A stretch of 10,878 nucleotides of DNA from a virus (lineage: Duplodnaviria; Heunggongvirae; Uroviricota; Caudoviricetes), in the IMG/VR virus record IMGVR_UViG_2908567220_000005; one strand, 5' to 3'. Below the pieces are notes generated by a model that ran no database searches, had not been told where the DNA came from, and saw only the letters and a program-made list of their open reading frames with translations. Shown here one piece after another: positions 1 to 6,525 of this stretch (positions are counted from its first letter, which is position 1; each line of letters opens with the position of its first letter). The position numbers were made by a program, and so were the translations under genes.

Positions 1-378
1 CTAACATGCGCCGCTTTTTTTAACCCTTCGCAGATCCCGCCTTGCTTGCATTGAAACGGCTCTCGCTAATCTCAGCTCAAGCCATGCGATTCTGTCGGCA
101 TGTAGCCCCATGAGTCCGTTAATCAATGTCATCTCGCGCCATTCTTCTGTTCCCGGCGTCGGATTATTCGCCAGTAATAGCCCGTATCTCTCAGCCAGCA
201 TGAGGTTTCTTGCACGATTTCGCACCAGCGGAGAAAGCGCCTCTCCCCCCTCAAATGGGAAGAATGCCCGCCGACTGCGTTCGCCATGTTTGACGGCATT
301 AGTATTGCCCAATGGTGCGCCTGCGCCTTTCCGCTTGCCACCCCATCCCGATCTTGATTGTTGGCTATTTTTTTTCAT
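1..378 (-). CDS. Hypothetical small basic protein (125 aa) with a Gly/Lys/Arg-rich N-terminus; possibly DNA-binding or packaging-associated
   Basis: Complete minus-strand ORF: ATG at 376..378, TAG stop at 1..3. N-terminus MKKNSQQSRSGWGGKRKGAGAPLGNTNAVKHG is AT-hook-like and resembles motifs I associate with some phage small terminase or DNA-binding proteins, but I cannot verify this. Only a weak Shine-Dalgarno. Confidence 0.45.
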   Translation of the reverse strand: MKKNSQQSRSGWGGKRKGAGAPLGNTNAVKHGERSRRAFFPFEGGEALSPLVRNRARNLMLAERYGLLLANNPTPGTEEWREMTLINGLMGLHADRIAWLELRLARAVSMQARRDLRRVKKSGAC

Positions 379-776
379 TTAACGGCTCACTGTGCGCATT
401 TTTGTGCGCAAAAACCTTAACAAACCCTAACAATACCTTAATAAAACTGTATATCTAACTTCCGCCATCTACTGCGAACGGATAGCGCCCAAGCCAGCAA
501 TAACAGGCATCTCCGCTATTTTTCGAATGAGCAATTCGCGCTTAGAAATTACTGCGAATTCGCAATTTCTGTACGCAATACCACCGTTAGCATTCGTCAG
601 GTAGTACGCACGTTGAATGCGCAGTTTTGCTGCGCACCTGACTGCGTACCAGTGGAACGAACCAGATATTTAGGACGTCCTGAATCAGGATTTGGCTTCC
701 AGCCCGCTACTGGCGCGGCTAGGGTTTTAAATCCGTACTAAACAGTACTAAATTTTCCGCCGTTTGGGTGCGAACG
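379..776. promoter_or_regulatory. Large non-coding region dense in TGCG-core palindromes and repeats; probable promoter/operator hub
   Basis: Direct repeat TGTGCGCA at 391..398 and 404..411. Perfect 12-bp palindrome TGCGAATTCGCA at 554..565. Inverted repeat TGCGCAG-N5-CTGCGCA at 618..636. Three copies of ACTGCG(A/T)A at 471..478, 551..558 and 641..648, with a fourth at 779..786 just inside the neighbouring ORF's 3' end. Direct repeat GTACTAAA x2 at about 734..751. No ORF of 60 aa or more on the minus strand. Confidence 0.4.
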
Positions 777-1088
777 TTACTGCGAACCATCGCCCCCGCT
801 GGTGGTCTGCCGTTGCCTCTTGCCGCCATTTAACCGGAAGGCGTTACCGTTCGGTTGCGCTATCCCCATGCGGTGTTGCGTTTCGGTGACAGCTTTATGC
901 AGGTCGCCAAAGTCCTCAACCTTCACGGGCGGGCGCTTCACGTTCTCCAGACACGTTTCACGGCGGCGCTTTATCCATTCCCGATCATCGTCCTCGGTGC
1001 ATAACAGCATGACTTCCATCCATCGCGCTGCGGCGCGTCGGTACAGCCCTTTTGCTTCTAGATCCTCGGCTTTACTGTCGTTTACCAT
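777..1088 (-). CDS. PerC-family-like transcriptional regulator (103 aa)
   Basis: ATG at 1086..1088 preceded by a strong SD (GGGGGAGATAAAC then ATG on the minus strand); TAA stop at 777..779. N-terminal motif AEDLEAKGLYRRAAARWMEVM matches my recollection of the PerC-family signature; not verified by search. Confidence 0.55.
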   Translation of the reverse strand: MVNDSKAEDLEAKGLYRRAAARWMEVMLLCTEDDDREWIKRRRETCLENVKRPPVKVEDFGDLHKAVTETQHRMGIAQPNGNAFRLNGGKRQRQTTSGGDGSQ

Positions 1089-1301
1089 GTTTATCTCCCC
1101 CAGAATGGCGTTTCATCGTCGAATGGTGGGCGTTGGTCAAAATCATCAGGGGTATTATATAACTCCCATCCCGGCGCGGATTGTGTTGCGTGGCCTCCTG
1201 TGTGCCTGTAGCCTGGCTGATTCCGGTAATACTGCGGAGTTAGGTCTACCGGCATAGCTTACCCGTGGAGAAATGAATCATCGAATGAGTTTGGTCGGGA
1301 G

Positions 1302-1973
1302 TTATTCCACCAGCAAAAATGGCGTTGCCCGGTCTATGACGTTGATGCCAATTAACGAGCCAACATTTCGACCATTCACAATGCTATCCCGTTCAAGCAA
1401 ATGCGCTATTTTTTCTACTTCATACCAGTATTGAGCCATGAGGGCTTTGGTCTTTTCAACGAGTTTAGAAAGCATTAACTCCCTGTTAATTCGCTTATCT
1501 GTAGCGCAGATTAAATCGAGCATGTCATTTACGTTAGCCATGTCATAGCGATGAGGTAGCGAATACTTTTTGTTGAAAATATCGTTGTTTTCGTAAAGGG
1601 CTTCGCTTACTGGTCCGGCGAGGGATACAAAAGCGGCCTTTTTTGCATCGCGCTTTATACCATCCGCATAGTAACGTATGAAAGGGATAACTTTACCATT
1701 CTGCCCAACTACACCAGATTTACTATCCCGCAAACGCCCGAGATCGTGGCTGTGAATTATGCTGTGTTTAACAACGCCCAAACACTTGGCCTCATGTACA
1801 TGTTCGCCAGCAACGTAACCGTATTCATCCATAACGGCGATAACCTGTATATCTAAGCGAATAAGCCATGCAGCTACTGCATGTCCCGCTTCGTGGAATG
1901 CTACACATCGTTTACCATCACCTATCCAGTTATAGAACATTTCATGCTCATATATCTGGTGAATGGCGCCCAT
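1302..1973 (-). CDS. Stand-alone FtsH-like (peptidase M41-type) zinc metalloprotease domain protein, 223 aa, no AAA+ ATPase module
   Basis: ATG at 1971..1973 overlaps the upstream gene's TAA stop (TAATG coupling). Intact HEXXH motif in VAFHEAGHAVAAW, as in FtsH (HEAGHA). Downstream segments (FVSLAGPVSEALYENND and the helical C-terminus ANVNDMLDLICATDKRINRELMLSKLVEKTKALMAQYWYEVEKIAHLL) parallel the FtsH protease domain. The ORF is too short to hold an ATPase domain, and no Walker A is present. Confidence 0.7.
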   Translation of the reverse strand: MGAIHQIYEHEMFYNWIGDGKRCVAFHEAGHAVAAWLIRLDIQVIAVMDEYGYVAGEHVHEAKCLGVVKHSIIHSHDLGRLRDSKSGVVGQNGKVIPFIRYYADGIKRDAKKAAFVSLAGPVSEALYENNDIFNKKYSLPHRYDMANVNDMLDLICATDKRINRELMLSKLVEKTKALMAQYWYEVEKIAHLLERDSIVNGRNVGSLIGINVIDRATPFLLVE

Positions 1974-2146
1974 TACGCGCCCTCGCTTGCCAGTGAGGCC
2001 AGCGCCTTATCCATTAATCCCCGAGCAATTTCGTGGATCGTTGGCGCAACTCCTACCTCTGATTTTTTACGCTGCTCCTCCTGAATTTTCTTTATCGCTT
2101 CCATTTGCTTCTCACTTATCAATACCGGCTTTACTGAAATAGCCAT
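1973..2146 (-). CDS. Small ribbon-helix-helix-like protein (57 aa), candidate DNA-binding partner/antitoxin/repressor for the downstream protease
   Basis: ATG at 2144..2146 with a strong SD (AAGGGG about 5 nt upstream). The ORF track's longer 66-aa version begins at a TTG with no SD. Sequence MAISVKPVLISEKQMEAIKKIQEEQRKKSEVGVAPTIHEIARGLMDKAL has a beta-strand/helix/helix pattern typical of RHH (CopG/Arc-like) proteins. Stop overlaps the start of the protease gene. Confidence 0.55.
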   Translation of the reverse strand: MAISVKPVLISEKQMEAIKKIQEEQRKKSEVGVAPTIHEIARGLMDKALASLASEGA

Positions 2147-2245
2147 AACGCCCCTTAGAACTGTATAAAACAACAGTTATTATAGTTTCACAAATAGCAA
2201 TATTTATCACCGTAATTGCAAAATATGAAACAAATAGCACAAAAA
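2147..2245 (-). promoter_or_regulatory. Candidate promoter/operator of the RHH-protease operon inside an AT-rich stretch
   Basis: Exact TATAAT on the minus strand at 2179..2184, about 30 nt upstream of the ATG. Direct 10-bp repeat ACAAATAGCA at 2190..2199 and 2230..2239 flanks the -35 area and is a plausible operator for the RHH protein. No convincing -35 hexamer found. The AT-rich stretch 2161..2260 may double as the origin's DNA-unwinding element. Confidence 0.3.
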
Positions 2246-2313
2246 AATGCCGCCGCTCAGTAGCTGGTGGCATCGTTCTGTGTGTCAAGTTTTGACAAGT
2301 TTCGTTTTAAGCT

Positions 2314-2343
2314 CACCCCCCCCATAGAATCTTTTTGGGGGTG
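2314..2343. other. G/C-stem hairpin (CACCCCC-N16-GGGGGTG) within the putative origin region
   Basis: Perfect 7-bp inverted repeat 2314..2320 / 2337..2343. Not followed by a U-run on either strand, so it is not a canonical intrinsic terminator. Confidence 0.3.
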
Positions 2344-2349
2344 TAATAT

Positions 2350-2591
2350 CCCTACCAATCCCTACTAACTGGCTCATGCCACGAATGGCAAGGCTTTCAG
2401 ACTGGTAGGCATTCAATTTTGTTGCCCTACATAACCCTACTTATCCCTACTAAATCACTTCAACGGCATTTTACTGCCTGTTTTATTTGGTAGGGATATG
2501 TAGGGATAAGTAGGGATAAAAATATATATCCCTACCTAGTTTAAAGCCTTGCTACGTCTGGCCTCGTTTCGTTTTTAGTAGGGCAGTAGGG
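2350..2591. repeat. Iteron array (CCCTAC / GTAGGG core, about 11 copies), putative replication origin (ori/crr-like) for the adjacent primase-helicase
   Basis: CCCTAC at 2350..2355 and 2360..2365. Three copies in 10-bp phase at 2425..2430, 2435..2440 and 2445..2450. Three inverted copies GTAGGGATA in 10-bp phase at 2490..2498, 2500..2508 and 2510..2518. CCCTAC at 2530..2535. GTAGGG at 2578..2583 and 2586..2591. The array sits immediately 3' of the primase stop (2613..2615). Confidence 0.6.
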
Positions 2592-2612
2592 ATAAGTGCC
2601 GCCGTAAAAGTT

Positions 2613-5054
2613 TCAATCATCACTCTGCCCGCTCTCCACACCGTAAGCGCGTGGCATGAACTCCTCAGCCTTCTCGTTATAGCCAACGTTGGTTTGCGCT
2701 CTGCCGTTAATGCTTCTCGTCAGGTAGCTGGCTCGGTACTCTTTTGCTGCTGATTTTATGGCGCGTGAAAACTTATTGACGGAAAGCGGTTTACCCAAAC
2801 CGTGATACTCCATAAACGCCAGATAAAGATGATAAAGATACGTCCTCGGCTCTGGCTGGCCTGCCCATGTACCTCCGCCCATCATCATGCCTTTGGGTTC
2901 GTTCATGAAAAAAAGCGTCGCACACATATCGACAACCGGATCCGTGCCGCGTTTAACCTCTAGCGCCTCCTGCGAATCGCGCTGCTCTAGTAATAGTGCC
3001 TTTGCTTTGTTCTGGTCGGCAAAGGTGGTTAGCAGGTGGCGGATAATCACCGGGATTTCTCGCCTGATTTTTGCGGTTAAATCCGGGTCTTTGTCTGCGT
3101 CTGATACCGGGTTATTAAACGGGAATATCACGCGGCGGCGGGCAATGCCCCCGTTTCGCTCCGTGAATGTCATCGGCTCGTTATTGGTTGCCATAACAAC
3201 GGCATTTATCACGGTTGTGAACTGCTTTTCATATTTCCCATCAATCTCTACCGGATCGCCGCCCGTAATGGCTTTAATCCCCGCACCCTCTCCAACATAG
3301 CGGGTCTGGTCAGGCATAATAATCAGGCTTTTTCCTACGAACTGCGCCCGTCCCCGTGCGGTGTCCAGCGTCATCATGCTACCGCTGGCGGTGTTGTGTT
3401 CACCTGCCAGCGTGGTTGCTATGCTGCTGAATACGGATTTCCCACTGCCGCCCTCGCCAGTTATCTCAATGAATAGCTGCCAGTCGTGACGCTTCGCCAG
3501 CACCATAAACAAGGCTGCTTTGATACGCTCGGCCTTATGATGGTCGCCAGCCGTTGCATGATTCAGCCAACGGGTAAAATTGGGGGCGCTGGTGGTAATA
3601 TTTTCCCCCGGCGCTGGCGGGGTGTAGGTGATCCCATTGTGGTTCATCAGCCAGTTACCCGGCGAATGGGCGGAAAACGTCTGCGTAGCGAGGTCATAAA
3701 CGCCGTTATCAAAACCAATCAGATCCCCGCTCCGCTCACCAATTACCGGTATTTGCAGCTTCATGGTTGCGACAACCGATTTAATCCCCTTTTCGGTGTA
3801 GTGGGCTTCGTGCTCGTCGAAAATTGCCACCATAACCCTTTCTAATTCGCTGCCTGGTAGCTTCACCCATACGCCAGATTCGTAGCAGTAAACAGTGCCA
3901 CTATCAGGGTTAACCGCCAACATATCCCATCGAGATGAAAGCAACCGCGCTTTCTGGCTGGCTGCCATTTGTGCAATATCTCCGACATCGGCTTTACGGC
4001 GGGATTTACCGCCGTCAATGGCTTGCAATCGCGGTTTCACGGCTTCCCCTTGAATCTGGTACATCGAATCGTTAAACGCAGCCGTAGCGACTTCCAGCCC
4101 GTTTTGCTGGCGGTAGTCGTCCCAGTCGGCTTTGTAGTCTGTCGGCGGCAGCGCCACCCAGCCAGCCACGGATAAGGCGGCTTTCTCTGCGGCATCTTTG
4201 CCCGTGTTCGCCTGTTCGTCCTGCTGGTGGTCGTTATCTGCGGCAATGATAATCTGCACGGCTGGATATATCCGGCGCATCACTTCGGCAACGGGTAGCA
4301 GGTTGCCCGCGTCAATTGCTGCCACTGCCAGCGCGTCCGGGCGCATCAGGTGAACTGAAAGGGCCGTCGCCAGCCCCTCGGCAATTAAAACGCTCTGCGG
4401 CGATTCTGGCGCGTTTACGGCGTGATATGCCCCGCGCTTTGCTGAACCTGTCAGGAGTCGTTTATCTCCCTGCGGCGTGATGGTCTGCGCCGCCACTACT
4501 GCGCCGGATTCATCCACCAGCGGCAGGAGTAGCGAACCATCAGACATAACCGGGTAATTAAACCCGGTCAGCCCTTTTGATTGCAGGTAATCAGATTCGC
4601 CCTGTGTGACACTCTGGCGCATTCCGGCATACAGACGGGCAAACGTAGCCCTTCGCTGCTCTGCGTCCTCTGCTGCCTGTTTCTGGCGCTCCTGCTCACG
4701 CTGCTGGCGGTCAGCTTCCAGTTGCTCTCTTCTATGGCTCGCTGCCACCGGGTCGGTTTGCGCTGCCCGGTAATCAATACCCAGCACGTCAGCGGCAAGC
4801 TGTGCCGCCTCCGTAGTGTCGCAGTTGTTAACCCGCTTGATTAAATCCAGCCCGTCACCAGCGCCACACTGGTTGCAGATAAAGCTACCGCGCCCGTTGT
4901 CGTCGAATCTGAAACGGTCTTTTCCACCACATGCAGGGCATGGAGAATGGCGGCGCGATGAATCAGGAACGTCGATAGACAGGCCAGCCAGCACATAAGG
5001 CCATTTACCAGCGGCGGCGGTGGTCACTTCGCGGATAAGGTCGATATTACGCAT
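2613..5054 (-). CDS. P4 alpha-type bifunctional DNA primase / helicase (813 aa)
   Basis: ATG at 5052..5054 with SD GAGGGAG; TGA stop at 2613..2615. N-terminal Cys4 zinc-finger (CPACGGKDRFRFDDNGRGSFICNQCG), a central Toprim-like acidic region (VLIAEGLATA ... IIIAADNDH), and a C-terminal P-loop NTPase with Walker A (EITGEGGSGKSV). Size and layout match P4 alpha-like primases, followed by iterons. Confidence 0.9.
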   Translation of the reverse strand: MRNIDLIREVTTAAAGKWPYVLAGLSIDVPDSSRRHSPCPACGGKDRFRFDDNGRGSFICNQCGAGDGLDLIKRVNNCDTTEAAQLAADVLGIDYRAAQTDPVAASHRREQLEADRQQREQERQKQAAEDAEQRRATFARLYAGMRQSVTQGESDYLQSKGLTGFNYPVMSDGSLLLPLVDESGAVVAAQTITPQGDKRLLTGSAKRGAYHAVNAPESPQSVLIAEGLATALSVHLMRPDALAVAAIDAGNLLPVAEVMRRIYPAVQIIIAADNDHQQDEQANTGKDAAEKAALSVAGWVALPPTDYKADWDDYRQQNGLEVATAAFNDSMYQIQGEAVKPRLQAIDGGKSRRKADVGDIAQMAASQKARLLSSRWDMLAVNPDSGTVYCYESGVWVKLPGSELERVMVAIFDEHEAHYTEKGIKSVVATMKLQIPVIGERSGDLIGFDNGVYDLATQTFSAHSPGNWLMNHNGITYTPPAPGENITTSAPNFTRWLNHATAGDHHKAERIKAALFMVLAKRHDWQLFIEITGEGGSGKSVFSSIATTLAGEHNTASGSMMTLDTARGRAQFVGKSLIIMPDQTRYVGEGAGIKAITGGDPVEIDGKYEKQFTTVINAVVMATNNEPMTFTERNGGIARRRVIFPFNNPVSDADKDPDLTAKIRREIPVIIRHLLTTFADQNKAKALLLEQRDSQEALEVKRGTDPVVDMCATLFFMNEPKGMMMGGGTWAGQPEPRTYLYHLYLAFMEYHGLGKPLSVNKFSRAIKSAAKEYRASYLTRSINGRAQTNVGYNEKAEEFMPRAYGVESGQSDD

Positions 5055-5066
5055 TGTGTCGCTCCC

Positions 5067-5693
5067 TCAGTGCGCCGCTGGCATTTCAGGCAAGCCGTTT
5101 TCATTCAGATCAGCAATGAATCCATCATGCAGCTCTGCCAGCGTTTCACGTCCGAACGGGGTCAGCTCGCCGCGCTCCGTGTCGATCATGGCCTGATAAA
5201 AAACAATGGCGTTCGCCGTTCCCTGCTCAATGCCGTAGCGCTCAATCATTGCGCCTTCCATGTTGTTAGCCATCGCCAGACGTTCCGCGAACGGGTAAAC
5301 CACAATCCCCGCCGTGCCATTGGAGTAAATCGCTACTTTTGACGTTGTGCCGTCAGCCTCCGTGACGGTGGTTGTGCCGTTTTCGCGCTTCATCTCAGAA
5401 ATGAACGTCGCAGCAATCAGCCAGCGCCACATAGTGACGTTATGCTGCGCGGTGAAGTCGAACCAGCCACGCGCCCCGCCATCAGCAACGGCAAAATGGA
5501 TGGCGTATCCGATATCTGGCTTATCGTCGTACTCTCCGGCATCAAGTCGGTTTACTGCGCTCAGATAGTCGATAATGGCAACCTGCTCATATCCCCCGGC
5601 ATCATTGCGGGTCATGATATTGACGCCGTGCGGTGTGGCTTCGGCGTGTAATAAGTCGGCATTTCCCGATTTAATGGTCGGTGCGTTGCTCAT
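5067..5693 (-). CDS. Hypothetical protein (208 aa), co-transcribed immediately upstream of the primase
   Basis: ATG at 5691..5693 with SD GGAGGG; start overlaps the upstream ORF's stop (ATGA). No motif I recognise. Confidence 0.6.
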   Translation of the reverse strand: MSNAPTIKSGNADLLHAEATPHGVNIMTRNDAGGYEQVAIIDYLSAVNRLDAGEYDDKPDIGYAIHFAVADGGARGWFDFTAQHNVTMWRWLIAATFISEMKRENGTTTVTEADGTTSKVAIYSNGTAGIVVYPFAERLAMANNMEGAMIERYGIEQGTANAIVFYQAMIDTERGELTPFGRETLAELHDGFIADLNENGLPEMPAAH

Positions 5694-5953
5694 GCGCTGC
5701 CCTCCGCATCAATTCTGGCTATATCGACAATCGTCAGGACTTTACTCAGCCAGCAATACGCGATGGCTGCTTGCTCAACTTCGAGGAGTGGTAATAAATC
5801 GGTCATAACGTGAGCCAGCCCATTGCGGGCGCGGGTCATGCGTTCTGCTGTTCGGTCTGCCAGCGTAAAATCATCCGGGTATGATTCTTTGCGAGATAGC
5901 ATCGCTTCGGCTTCCAGCTCTGCCGGGTGGCGGTAGATGGTATTTATGTTCAT
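5690..5953 (-). CDS. Hypothetical protein (87 aa)
   Basis: ATG at 5951..5953 with SD GAGGTGG; ATGA overlap with both neighbours. No recognisable motif. Confidence 0.5.
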   Translation of the reverse strand: MNINTIYRHPAELEAEAMLSRKESYPDDFTLADRTAERMTRARNGLAHVMTDLLPLLEVEQAAIAYCWLSKVLTIVDIARIDAEGSA

Positions 5954-6129
5954 GCTGCCACCTCACGAATGCGGGTAATCTGGATGTGGGAAAGGCGTTC
6001 ATTTCTGGCCTGATTTAGCGCCTCAGCTTTGGCGCTGATCGCGCTGCGGGCGTCAACGATATAAACGAACTCGACTAATTCGCCGCTCCGGGCGGTGGCG
6101 CATCCTGCAACACGGAAGTAATTAAGCAT
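5950..6129 (-). CDS. Hypothetical protein (59 aa from the ATG at 6127..6129; the 69-aa track ORF starts at a TTG at 6159)
   Basis: The ATG at 6127..6129 overlaps the last codons of the upstream Icd-like ORF (ATGCTTAA), suggesting translational coupling. Stop overlaps the next start. No recognisable motif. Confidence 0.4.
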   Translation of the reverse strand: MLNYFRVAGCATARSGELVEFVYIVDARSAISAKAEALNQARNERLSHIQITRIREVAA

Positions 6130-6313
6130 GTGCGCCCCCTGTGCGAATACGTCCGGCAAAAAAGCAAACGTGATCCCGCGCCAGAATGCGGCGGGCTTCC
6201 TGCTCAGTTTCTGCGGCGATATGGTGAATTTTGGCGGTAATTGTCGGCATGTCGCGGCGAACGGCTGCGATTAACCAGATAAATTGTGGATTTTGGGTAG
6301 GGGTAGTAGCCAT
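6122..6313 (-). CDS. Icd-like small protein (host cell division inhibitor Icd family-like), 63 aa
   Basis: ATG at 6311..6313 preceded by SD AGAGG with an 8-nt spacer; TAA stop at 6122..6124. Sequence MATTPTQNPQFIWLIAAVRRDMPTITAKIHHIAAETEQEARRILARDHVCFFAGRIRTGGAHA resembles my recollection of Icd-like proteins in P4-like prophages. It forms the C-terminal part of the 257-aa track ORF, which I consider spurious upstream of this start. Confidence 0.5.
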   Translation of the reverse strand: MATTPTQNPQFIWLIAAVRRDMPTITAKIHHIAAETEQEARRILARDHVCFFAGRIRTGGAHA

Positions 6314-6319
6314 GATGGC

Positions 6320-6525
6320 AGCCTCTATACAGTGAATTTTGAATTCACCACCAAGAGACGCCAATCTCAGACTGGTGGTGAGCTGAACAAGGTTGGCGTA
6401 ACCGGCCTGTATAGACACCGGCCTTCCTTTCGGAAGCCTCATCCAGCCCACCATAATTTGGGTGCGCAGGAATTTTGCCGACAAAAAAACACGCTTAGTG
6501 CGTGTCGGCACTATACAGGTTATCG
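6320..6525 (-). ncRNA. Structured leader / candidate antisense immunity RNA (phage P4 CI-like or P1 C4-like)
   Basis: Plus-strand CTATACAG at 6325..6332 and 6511..6518, with its reverse complement CTGTATAG at 6407..6414. On the minus-strand transcript the order is CUGUAUAG ... CUAUACAG ... CUGUAUAG. The middle copy sits in the loop of a CCGG-stem hairpin (6401..6423). The last copy abuts the SD of the Icd-like gene. Other hairpins: GTGAATT-N3-AATTCAC at 6332..6348, CACCACCA-N19-TGGTGGTG at 6346..6380, CTTCC-TTTC-GGAAG near 6424..6437. Boundaries and strand are inferred. Confidence 0.4.
6481..6505 (-). terminator. Candidate intrinsic terminator inside the leader (6-bp stem, 5-nt loop, U7 tract on the minus strand)
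   Basis: Plus-strand ACACGC (6489..6494) / GCGTGT (6500..6505) inverted repeat preceded by A7 (6482..6488). On the minus strand this reads hairpin then UUUUUUU. It lies between the first and second 8-mer elements. Confidence 0.4.

Noticed and set aside
110-382. 90-aa plus-strand and 70-aa minus-strand ORFs overlapping the 125-aa gene
   Set aside because: Alternative-frame overlaps. The 125-aa frame has the only complete start and stop consistent with the neighbouring gene orientation.
379-776. Classical P2/P4 Ogr/Delta-dependent late promoter (TGT-N12-ACA dyad) or a cos site
   Set aside because: No TGT-N12-ACA dyad was found on inspection, and nothing resembles the P2/P4 cos sequence as I recall it. 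The region is regulatory but of a different kind.
802-1257. 151-aa plus-strand ORF overlapping the PerC-like gene
   Set aside because: It lies antisense to a gene with a strong SD and a recognisable motif. The product is low-complexity and Arg/Ser-rich, typical of a GC-rich antisense frame.
2147-2173. TTG-initiated extension of the RHH-like ORF (66-aa version)
   Set aside because: The internal ATG at 2144..2146 has a strong AAGGGG SD and the TTG has none. The extension would also run through the predicted -10 and 5' UTR.
2350-2591. Possible CRISPR array
   Set aside because: The repeats are 6-10 bp cores at 10-bp spacing in both orientations, not 28-37 bp repeats separated by unique spacers. 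They fit iterons, not CRISPR.
2887-4998. Plus-strand ORFs inside the primase gene (2887..3300, 3486..3845, 3969..4175, 4581..4844, 4816..4998) and the minus-strand out-of-frame ORFs 4037..4246 and 4568..4798
   Set aside because: They are antisense or alternative-frame shadows of a long, well-supported coding gene, with no SD and no recognisable motifs.
5070-5808. Plus-strand ORFs 5070..5342, 5347..5568, 5442..5651 and 5575..5808
   Set aside because: Antisense to the coupled 208-aa and 87-aa minus-strand genes, with no independent support.
6130-6159. TTG-initiated extension of the 59-aa ORF (69-aa version)
   Set aside because: The ATG at 6127..6129 overlaps the upstream stop in a typical coupling arrangement. 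The TTG start has no better support.
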